Below, in pieces: positions 52,698-60,023 of a stretch of DNA of 64,000 nucleotides. This DNA is from Candidatus Nomurabacteria bacterium (GTDB lineage Bacteria > Patescibacteriota > Minisyncoccia > Phycocordibacterales > UBA918): the NCBI GenBank assembly GCA_020632135.1, contig JACKGC010000001.1, positions 308,241-372,240 of the forward strand, given 5' to 3'. The number at the start of each line of letters is the position of its first letter. The stretch's first letter is position 1. The translations under genes and the position numbers were made by a program. The notes beneath the pieces are model-generated. The model saw nothing but the letters and a program-made list of their open reading frames with translations. It did not search any database and was not told the origin of the DNA.

Positions 52698-52785
52698 TTT
52701 GCGAAAAGCAAAGTGGCAAAACTATAACACGGGAACTGGACAAATCAAACCCGTCGACTCATGAAGAGAATGGTAGGCTAGGGGC

Positions 52786-53247
52786 GTGAAATATATTATC
52801 CTCGAAAACATTCGTAGTGCGTACAATGTCGGAGCGATCTTTCGGACGGCTGACGGGGCGGGTGTGTCCAAAATATTTCTGATCGGGTACACACCCGCCC
52901 CGATCGACCGCTTTGGGCGTCCTCAACCAGAAATTAAAAAAACGTCACTTGGTGCGAGTGAAACTATTGTGTGGGAGCACTGTACTGATGTCGCAAGTGT
53001 GATCGAGAAATTGCAAGCAGAGGGTGTACTGGTGGTAGCGGTAGAGCAAACACCCACTGCAGTTTCTTTAACCAACCTTTCAGTGCCAGATAGTGTGGCG
53101 TACATAGTTGGTAATGAGGTTGACGGAGTGAGCGAAATTACCCTGAGTGCGGTTGATAAAGTAGTGGAGATCCCTATGTTTGGCAGTAAAGAGTCACTTA
53201 ATGTATCGGTGGCAGCGGGAATTGTTTTGTATCATGGTTTGGTATAA
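52786..53247 (+). CDS. SpoU/TrmH-family RNA 2'-O-methyltransferase
   Basis: Motifs NVGAIFRTADGAG, VGNEVDGVS and IPMFGSKESLNVSVAAGIVLY. GTG start. Confidence 0.8.
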   Translation: MKYIILENIRSAYNVGAIFRTADGAGVSKIFLIGYTPAPIDRFGRPQPEIKKTSLGASETIVWEHCTDVASVIEKLQAEGVLVVAVEQTPTAVSLTNLSVPDSVAYIVGNEVDGVSEITLSAVDKVVEIPMFGSKESLNVSVAAGIVLYHGLV

Positions 53248-54733
53248 GCACAGGTGTGTACAGTGGTTACTTTGTGGTGGATTACTAGGAGTCGGGTTTT
53301 TATTGCCGCAGTTTTGGATCCTTGGATTCACTGGTGTGGCGTACTGTATCTATCTCCTTGAGCAGCCAGCGAGTGTACGAAGTAAAGCGTTTGGCGTGTG
53401 GTTGGCGTGGGTAGTAAAGTCTGGTTGTGCGGTGTGGTGGATGTGGTCCGTGTACCCGATCGAGTGGCTCCCTGCCTCTCTTGGACAGATACAAATGCTT
53501 TTGATCGGATTTTCATGGCTTATGACAGCAGTAAGTCTCGGGGCGGGAGCGCTCGTGCTTGTGTCCGGGAGAGTTGGATTTACGGCTTTGGGTAAATTAC
53601 CAAAATGGTCATACCACTTCTTGATCTATCCACTACTATGGGTCATTGGTGAAATGGTGGGGTCGCTACTGTTTTCAATATTTTTCTATGGTCCAGGCGG
53701 TACCATCGGCACAGACTTTAGTTTTGGGTACGTCGGGTACCTCATTGCTCAACACCAGTGGTTCATACAGGTGGCACAACTCGCTGGTGTGTACGGGCTC
53801 TCTATCCTCATAGTGGTACTAGCTGGCGGAGTAGTGTGGTGGATGCAAACTAACACAGTGAAACCCTCGTGGCTCGTGGCTATAGGGTTGTCTTTGTACC
53901 TGACGGGATTCGTTGCGTGGCCAACACCAACAGTTTCACCTGTAAATAATGGATATGAAGTGGCGTTTATTGAGACTAGTTTTGAATCGCGCATGTTCTT
54001 GAGTGAGGATGGGGTGCGGGCACAACGGATGGCCCTTGAGGACGCCATGAATGCGGCGTTGGCATCAGGAGCAACATACATCATCCTGCCTGAGGATAGT
54101 CGCTACTTCGACCAAAGTCGCTCGCCCAGTGCGACTCGGCTACTGTTTGCGTTGCGACACGATGACCCAGAAGTAGTGATCGTTGATAGTGCGCGCGCGG
54201 TTGTGGGTGGTCAGACTGTCCAGCAGGCATTTGTATACAATGGTCCACAAGAGACGGTCGATCGTTTTCATAAACGCTACCTTGTTCCACAGGGGGAATA
54301 TATTTCAAGCATTTATATAAAACTATTTGAGCTTTTTGGCATGCATGATTCACTCAAATATCTTGGACAAGACATCTCATATGAAGTGGGGCCATGGACC
54401 AACCAAAGTACTGGCGCAAAGAATATCCCCGCCATCCTATTTTGCTTTGAGAGTTTTGCACCCAAAGGTATGAAAGTACTACAGGCAGAGCGTCCTGACA
54501 TGCCGTTTACGGTCCATATCGCATCTCATGCTTGGTTCCATGAACCTAATTCACTCTGGTCACAAATGGAAGCGATGCTGAAGGTGCAGGTCATCTGGAC
54601 GCAGCAGTATTTGGTGAGCGTTGGTAATATGGTGGAGAGTAACATATACACTCCACAAGGTCAGGTGCTTGATGGAGAAGTGTTTGAAACGGGGGAGCAG
54701 TGGCAGGTAAAACTGACTACACTTCCTCGCTAG
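53234..54733 (+). CDS. lnt: Apolipoprotein N-acyltransferase-like (polytopic N-domain plus CN-hydrolase domain)
   Basis: About 7 TM segments, then nitrilase-superfamily triad contexts IILPEDS (E), HKRYLVPQGEY (K) and LFCFESF (C). The start is uncertain. Confidence 0.65.
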   Translation: MVWYKHRCVQWLLCGGLLGVGFLLPQFWILGFTGVAYCIYLLEQPASVRSKAFGVWLAWVVKSGCAVWWMWSVYPIEWLPASLGQIQMLLIGFSWLMTAVSLGAGALVLVSGRVGFTALGKLPKWSYHFLIYPLLWVIGEMVGSLLFSIFFYGPGGTIGTDFSFGYVGYLIAQHQWFIQVAQLAGVYGLSILIVVLAGGVVWWMQTNTVKPSWLVAIGLSLYLTGFVAWPTPTVSPVNNGYEVAFIETSFESRMFLSEDGVRAQRMALEDAMNAALASGATYIILPEDSRYFDQSRSPSATRLLFALRHDDPEVVIVDSARAVVGGQTVQQAFVYNGPQETVDRFHKRYLVPQGEYISSIYIKLFELFGMHDSLKYLGQDISYEVGPWTNQSTGAKNIPAILFCFESFAPKGMKVLQAERPDMPFTVHIASHAWFHEPNSLWSQMEAMLKVQVIWTQQYLVSVGNMVESNIYTPQGQVLDGEVFETGEQWQVKLTTLPR

Positions 54734-56018
54734 ATGTGCTTGGTATCGAGAGTTCTTGCAATAAGGTTGTTACCGTGGCGGCATCACTCCAGGGGGTCTT
54801 GGTTCCTTGTGGACCCATAATGTATGGATCGGTCCCTTTGCCTGAAATGAGTACGTACCCGTCTTCACTGCAGTGGGCAATTGCGCTTCTGATAGCCTCA
54901 GTACGATCCATGATCACCCTAACCGGCGCCTCTTCACTCATCCCTTTTTGCATATCGTGAACGATCTTCATCGGATCTTCATCGTATGGATCCTCATTAG
55001 TGAGAATGATCTGGTCGCAGAACTTCTCGGCAATCGCACCCATTTCTGGTCGCTTCCAAGTGTCACGTCCACCGCCAGTATTGCCGAGTACACAGACTTT
55101 GTATTTATCTGGAAACGCCTCATAGAGCTTGGTGAGCGAGTCCGGTGTGTGAGCGTAATCAACCACTGCAGTGATGCGTTTGGTAGCGTCGACGGGGGAC
55201 TCAAAGGTTTCAACTCTACCCTTAAGCGGCGGGAGCTCATGTAACGCTTTTTGGATCGTGGTGAGTGGAATATCAAGCGCACGCGCCATCGTGATCGCAG
55301 CGAGGGTGTTGTAGACATTAAAGAGTCCTATTAGAGGCACGCGCATGGTTGTGTTACCAAAAATAAGACTAATGCTGTCTTTGTGTAGTGAGTAGAGGGT
55401 GAGGTCTTTTAGGGAGTAGGGGAGTTTCTGTTCGACGGAGAAGTCAAGAAATGCGGGGCCATGCTCATTGTCGATGTTGGCTACTAGATAGCGAGGTCGC
55501 TTCGGCGAATCCGCTACCGCCTGAGCAATGGAAAGCTTCGCAGCTTTGTACTTCTCGAATGAGCCATGTGACTCAATGTGCTCAGGGGCGAGGTTGGTGA
55601 AGATGAGCGCATCGATGTCGATGAAGCGGTGGCGAAACTGTTTCGCTCCTTCAGAGGTCATTTCGATGACGGCGTGGGTACAGCCAGCATGTACTGCATC
55701 GCGCAAAAATTTTTGCACAAAAAAACGTCCCGGCATGGTCATTTTAAAGAGGTTGCGCTCGGTGTGACCGTCGATCGAGAATTGAATGGTGGAGAGGGTC
55801 GCGACTTTATGTCCGCCAGCACGCAGGAGTTGGCCAAGGATCTCGGTGGTTGATGACTTACCCTTGGTTCCTGTTACGCCGATGACCATGATGTCACGTG
55901 AGGGGTGACGATAGCGCAGCGCACCAAGTAGCGCCAAGAGGAAGTGATAAGGGGGTTGTAAGCGGCAGAAGATACTTCTTGGAATGATCTTCTTAAGTAG
56001 CTGTCGTACGGTATCCAT
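54717..56018 (-). CDS. murE: Mur ligase family protein (MurE-like)
   Basis: VIGVTGTKGKSST (P-loop), IEMTSEG, FTNLAPEHIESHGSFEKYKAAK, GNTGGGRDTWKRPEMG and TNEDPYDEDP in place of the DNPR motif. Start at the internal ATG 56018. Confidence 0.65.
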   Translation of the reverse strand: MDTVRQLLKKIIPRSIFCRLQPPYHFLLALLGALRYRHPSRDIMVIGVTGTKGKSSTTEILGQLLRAGGHKVATLSTIQFSIDGHTERNLFKMTMPGRFFVQKFLRDAVHAGCTHAVIEMTSEGAKQFRHRFIDIDALIFTNLAPEHIESHGSFEKYKAAKLSIAQAVADSPKRPRYLVANIDNEHGPAFLDFSVEQKLPYSLKDLTLYSLHKDSISLIFGNTTMRVPLIGLFNVYNTLAAITMARALDIPLTTIQKALHELPPLKGRVETFESPVDATKRITAVVDYAHTPDSLTKLYEAFPDKYKVCVLGNTGGGRDTWKRPEMGAIAEKFCDQIILTNEDPYDEDPMKIVHDMQKGMSEEAPVRVIMDRTEAIRSAIAHCSEDGYVLISGKGTDPYIMGPQGTKTPWSDAATVTTLLQELSIPSTSSEEV

Positions 56019-56069
56019 ATAAAATAAGTATAAGCTGAATTGTATTTTGCTGCACGTGTATGGTGAAAG

Positions 56070-56149
56070 AGGTGGTGCACTACAGTAGCGAAACATCCGC
56101 AGCGACCATACCCGGAGCGAGGACGTTGAGTCTCTGTAGTACACCACCT
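56070..56149. repeat. Intergenic foldback element B (16-bp stem, 48-nt conserved loop)
   Basis: Stem aggtggtgcactacag / ctgtagtacaccacct has one C-A pair, which is G-U on the minus strand. The loop tagcgaaacatccgcagcgaccatacccggagcgaggacgttgagtct is 44/48 identical to the loop of element A. Confidence 0.75.
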
Positions 56150-56165
56150 ATTTGCGGTAGTAACT

Positions 56166-56741
56166 CTACTGCATCTGCTTCAGGGCGTGGGTGACGAGTG
56201 AGTTTACGGTTGAGCTTTCATCTGCGATCTCAAGGATTGTTTCCCGGGCGGTGGTCATATCGTAACCTAAAGCAACTAATGCATCGATCGCGTCAGTCTG
56301 CACAGCGGTGAGGGCGTCGGTGCTGGCGCTGGCTGCGGCGGGAATATGCTCGAGTTTACTGTGTAAGTACTGGGTGATATTCTCAGCGGTCTTTTTACCG
56401 ATACCAGAGAGTTTGTGCAGGTACACCCCATCATTCTTCTGCGCTGCCTCCGCCAGGAGGGAGGGAGTGGCGTGGCAGAGTATCTGCAGTGCCGATTTCG
56501 GTCCTACCTTGGGTACGCCGAGTAAGAGTTCAAACATCGCAAGTTCGGTCTGGTGAGGGAAGCCATAGAGGTCAAGCGCGGTTTCGCGCACGGCAAGGTA
56601 GGTGTGGAGGGTGACCGTACTGCCTTCGGTAAAGTGGTTTTGAAGGGTGGGGCAGTTCACCAGGTAGCCAACGCCGCGTACGTTCACTACTAGCCAATTC
56701 TCGCCAATGTCATCGATCGTTCCCGTGAGGCTTCGTATCAT
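56166..56741 (-). CDS. ruvA: Holliday junction DNA helicase subunit RuvA
   Basis: MIRSLTGTI...VVNVRGVGYLV OB fold, HhH motifs (LLGVPKVGPKSAL, LSGIGKKTAE) and C-terminal domain III. Confidence 0.9.
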   Translation of the reverse strand: MIRSLTGTIDDIGENWLVVNVRGVGYLVNCPTLQNHFTEGSTVTLHTYLAVRETALDLYGFPHQTELAMFELLLGVPKVGPKSALQILCHATPSLLAEAAQKNDGVYLHKLSGIGKKTAENITQYLHSKLEHIPAAASASTDALTAVQTDAIDALVALGYDMTTARETILEIADESSTVNSLVTHALKQMQ

Positions 56742-56781
56742 AGTGTATGCATTGTACCTGAGATACGCTTCCTATCCAAAG

Positions 56782-56879
56782 CAATCAACCATAGGCCTGT
56801 TTTTCGCACACTCCGCTGTTGCGGACTCTCTCGAGCACGTAACCCCCGCGGATGCTCAAAACAGGCCTATGGTTGATTG
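56782..56879. repeat. Intergenic foldback element Y (22-bp perfect stem, 54-nt interior)
   Basis: Stem caatcaaccataggcctgtttt / aaaacaggcctatggttgattg. The reverse complement of the interior shares TCCGCGGGG and CGGAGYGTGYGA with element X. Confidence 0.7.
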
Positions 56880-56947
56880 ATTGACCAAAACCCTTGCCTT
56901 TTTGGGCTTCCTACGGTACAGTAGGCCCACTCAAATTTATAGTAAAT

Positions 56948-57217
56948 ATGCCAATCACTAAAGGAGCAGCCAAGGCCCATCGTCAGTCAGAGCGCAAGAA
57001 GGTGTTCAACATCCGTCGTAAGAGCGCAATGAAGGACGCTGAGAAGGCCATCGCAAAGGCAGTAGCCGCTGGAGATGAGAAGAAGGCAAAAGAACTTCTT
57101 CCAACCGCGTACAAAGCGATTGACAAGGCAGCCAAGCGTGGTGTCATCAAAGACAACACTGCGGCACGCAAGAAGTCTCGCATCACTGCCCGCGTGAAGA
57201 TCACCGCGAAGAAATAA
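56948..57217 (+). CDS. rpsT: 30S ribosomal protein S20
   Basis: MPITKGAAKAHRQSERKKVFNIRRKSAMK... is the typical S20 N-terminus (89 aa). Start at the internal ATG 56948. Confidence 0.9.
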   Translation: MPITKGAAKAHRQSERKKVFNIRRKSAMKDAEKAIAKAVAAGDEKKAKELLPTAYKAIDKAAKRGVIKDNTAARKKSRITARVKITAKK

Positions 57218-57250
57218 ATAAAACCGCCCATCAAATGGGCGGTTTTATTT
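57216..57250. terminator. Bidirectional terminator hairpin
   Basis: aaataaaaccgccca tcaaa tgggcggttttattt, a perfect 15-bp stem. Confidence 0.8.
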
Positions 57251-57266
57251 ATTCTTCAATAATAGG

Positions 57267-58049
57267 TTACCGATTACGTCCTTGGCCACCGCCCCAGCCG
57301 CGACTGCCGCTTCCATTTTGCATATTTCCCCCAGGGTCACCGTTTCCGGTTTCTTGTGTGCTTTCAAGAATCGCTTTGTATTCTTCGGCAGTGATGTATT
57401 GTGCCTCGTATGATTCACTGCGCATCGTGAGTTGCTTGGTGAAGGAGCGGAGGTGATTGCGAGAACCACGGCTGAGATTGTCATAGACGAACAAGATGTC
57501 TTCATTGTCTGTTTCCACTATAAGGTCTTGCAAGTCTGCAATGTCGAGGTCTTCTACAGTTGCGCCGACGGTGAGTGCAGCGACTTCAGATGCGCTACCT
57601 TGGGCGACCAGGTCATTGTAGTGTTGCTGCAGTGTTTCGTTCTTAAAGACACCAATAGTGTCGTCGGTCACTGGGTCAGTGATGTTGTATTTCTCAAAGA
57701 GGTCACGCACCGCTTCAGTGTGAGTTTGTTCACTTTGGGCAATGTTGTTAAAGATCTTCAGACCCCACTGTTCATAGAGGGTTTGGTACACGTCACGCGC
57801 CAATTTTTCTTCCTCGCGCATCAGAAGAAGGCCGTTAGTCTCAGCTTCTGAGAGTGTTTGAGTTGGTAATGTTTCAATCCTGGGGCGCAGAGAGATAAAA
57901 TCATCAGCGGCTGGATTTTCACTCATGAAACGTTCACGAGCTTGGTTGGTCACTGCAGGTACGTCTGGCGTATCTTCTTGGAGTGCGTTGCCGGCGGCGA
58001 AGCCACCAAGGAGTGCAATGAGAGCTGCGATAATGGTGATGGTGTTCAT
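57267..58049 (-). CDS. Secreted DUF2202 (ferritin-like) protein with a Gly-rich tail
   Basis: Signal peptide. LLLMREEEKLARDVYQTLYEQWGLKIFNNIAQSEQTHTEAV matches the DUF2202 signature. The C-terminus is GNGDPGGNMQNGSGSRGWGGGQGRNR. Confidence 0.7.
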   Translation of the reverse strand: MNTITIIAALIALLGGFAAGNALQEDTPDVPAVTNQARERFMSENPAADDFISLRPRIETLPTQTLSEAETNGLLLMREEEKLARDVYQTLYEQWGLKIFNNIAQSEQTHTEAVRDLFEKYNITDPVTDDTIGVFKNETLQQHYNDLVAQGSASEVAALTVGATVEDLDIADLQDLIVETDNEDILFVYDNLSRGSRNHLRSFTKQLTMRSESYEAQYITAEEYKAILESTQETGNGDPGGNMQNGSGSRGWGGGQGRNR

Positions 58050-58071
58050 AGTATTTCTTAGGTCAAGCTAA

Positions 58072-58335
58072 TTAATCACTGGCGAGTACCTTTAAGGCTT
58101 CTTCGATCTGTGCCTCACGTTCGCCTTTTGGTAGGGCTTGGCAAGAGTGAATGTGTTGGAGTACAAACTGCTCGCTGGTGCGCTTGAGCGCCGAGCGCGC
58201 AGCCTTGATCTGGGAAATGAACGATTTGCAGTCACACACTTCACCTGCTTCGAGAGTGTGTCGAAGTGCACGTACTTGTCCTTCGGCTCGGCTGAGTCGA
58301 TCGATCAGAGCTTTTGTGTCAGATGGATTGGTCAT
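58072..58335 (-). CDS. csoR: CsoR/RcnR-family metal-sensing transcriptional repressor
   Basis: 87 aa. RLSRAEGQVRAL, with a Cys in EVCDC and the HIHSC motif, gives the C-H-C ligand pattern of Cu(I)-sensing CsoR. Confidence 0.8.
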   Translation of the reverse strand: MTNPSDTKALIDRLSRAEGQVRALRHTLEAGEVCDCKSFISQIKAARSALKRTSEQFVLQHIHSCQALPKGEREAQIEEALKVLASD

Positions 58336-58385
58336 AATTAAGATATAGAATTGGTACTCATGATACCAGAATGAGGGAGAAGGAG

Positions 58386-58415
58386 TTGACAGGCATATAC
58401 CCCCTGGGGTATATT
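58386..58415 (+). promoter_or_regulatory. Promoter of the MFP-RND operon (TTGACA-N18-TATATT)
   Basis: TTGACA at 58386-58391 and TATATT at 58410-58415. The ATG at 58423 lies 7 nt after the -10 element, so the mRNA is likely leaderless. Confidence 0.6.
58395..58414. promoter_or_regulatory. Candidate CsoR operator (perfect palindrome ATATACCCC-CT-GGGGTATAT)
   Basis: Two 9-bp arms with a 2-bp spacer, of the G/C-tract inverted-repeat type known for CsoR operators. It lies between the -35 and -10 elements of the efflux promoter and is divergent from csoR. Confidence 0.65.
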
Positions 58416-58422
58416 ACCACTC

Positions 58423-60021
58423 ATGAAAATTTACACAAGTACTACCTTGAAGCAGTGGGTGGCTGTGGTCGTCGGGGTGGCAGTCGCCGTTTTGGTGCTA
58501 GGTGGATTTTCTGGTGCGTTGGGGCAGGGGTCGGAAGTTACCGAGCAATCGGTGGACAGATCTAAAAGAGTGTCACTTTCTACAAGTAGTATTCCAGTAC
58601 GAGTATCGGGAGTGGTAGAGGCAGCGCAAAGTACCATTGTGTATGCGCAAACAGCTGGAGTGGTGACCGACTTGTTGGTTCGTGAAGGAGGTGAGGTGGC
58701 AGCTGGTACGGTCTTGGTGCGCCAAGCTCTGCCAGTAGCAGAAGCGCGGCTGGTGTTTTCGGCCGCCGAGCGGGAACTTAGTGGGCTCGAACAGTCATTA
58801 CAAACTGAGTTGCGAAGTGGGGGAGCTTTGCAAGCTGAGCACCGATCCCGATCGGCGGCCGACATCGCGAGTTTGCGCGCAGTGAGTACTGACACGCGTG
58901 TCACAGAAGCGGTTACTGCCCTTACAACGACAGCGGCAGAGAGTACGCTCTCGATCATTGGGTCGATCAACTACATCAATAATCACCGCTATCTTTTTTC
59001 AGCTACCGGTCTGGAATTGTACGAAGCTGTAGTGGCTGACTTGTATGGCTCAGTGCCAGATTATTTTCAAAGTGGGGTGGTTAATGGGAATGCTGGTGTG
59101 GTGGATCTGCAGTCAGTATTGCAAGCAGTGCAAACCACGGAAGATCCAGTTGCGTTAGAAACGTTCACGTTTTTACTCGAAGGTCAGCTGGCTGCACTTA
59201 CCGCTTTGTACGAGACCGCTGAGTCAGACGTGTTTGATCGACAAGCTTCGTACGTTGACTCGGCACTACAGTCTGAGTACCTCACCATGCGTGAGTCGGT
59301 GTTACTGACCGCAGCAGCACTCCAAACTAGTCGCACTGCATATCAGCAGGAGCTTGATGGTGTATTGGAGGATGAGGTATTGCAAAACACCACTGTAACG
59401 GTGAGTGCGATTGATGCGGAACTGGCATCTCTACAGGCGCAGTATGCTGCGCGGCTCGCTGCGCAGTCAGATCGAGTGGCTGCAGCTGGGGTGGCTGTGG
59501 TAGCGGCCGAGCTATCGCTCGGCCGCCTAACCGCCCCCTTCTCAGGCGTGGTCTCAAAGGTCTTCGTTGATGAAGGTGAGTATGTGGTGCCTGGCACACC
59601 ACTCCTGTCGCTTGTTGGTGCAGGCGCGCGTGAGTTTGAAGCGACAGTGCCGGCTTACTTGCTGCCACATGTGGCAGTTGGTCAGGCGTTTGTGGTCGAT
59701 AGTGTGGTAATGGGGTATGTCGATCGGTTTAGTACTATTTCTACGGGTGGTAGTGGGACAGTAATCATAGCGTTGTCAGGTGATGGACTGCCGCTAGTTG
59801 GCAGCAGTCTCACTGGTTCACTGCTTGTATCGGCCCAAGACGGAGTGTATCGAGTCCCGCGTTCGCACGTGCACTATGATGCTGATGGGTTGTATGTGCA
59901 GTATGTTGATGGTACGAGCGCGCGGGCACAAGTGCTCTACGACGCAGGTCAGGAGTTGTTTATCACGGTCACTAAGATGAATACTGCTTCTCTCGTGCCA
60001 GCGGTAAGTATCGCGCTGTAG
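58423..60021 (+). CDS. Efflux RND periplasmic adaptor (HlyD/MFP family)
   Basis: N-terminal TM, a long alpha-helical hairpin region, and the lipoyl/beta-barrel motif LTAPFSGVVSKVFVDEGEYVVPGTPLLSL. Confidence 0.75.
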   Translation: MKIYTSTTLKQWVAVVVGVAVAVLVLGGFSGALGQGSEVTEQSVDRSKRVSLSTSSIPVRVSGVVEAAQSTIVYAQTAGVVTDLLVREGGEVAAGTVLVRQALPVAEARLVFSAAERELSGLEQSLQTELRSGGALQAEHRSRSAADIASLRAVSTDTRVTEAVTALTTTAAESTLSIIGSINYINNHRYLFSATGLELYEAVVADLYGSVPDYFQSGVVNGNAGVVDLQSVLQAVQTTEDPVALETFTFLLEGQLAALTALYETAESDVFDRQASYVDSALQSEYLTMRESVLLTAAALQTSRTAYQQELDGVLEDEVLQNTTVTVSAIDAELASLQAQYAARLAAQSDRVAAAGVAVVAAELSLGRLTAPFSGVVSKVFVDEGEYVVPGTPLLSLVGAGAREFEATVPAYLLPHVAVGQAFVVDSVVMGYVDRFSTISTGGSGTVIIALSGDGLPLVGSSLTGSLLVSAQDGVYRVPRSHVHYDADGLYVQYVDGTSARAQVLYDAGQELFITVTKMNTASLVPAVSIAL

Positions 60022-60023
60022 GT

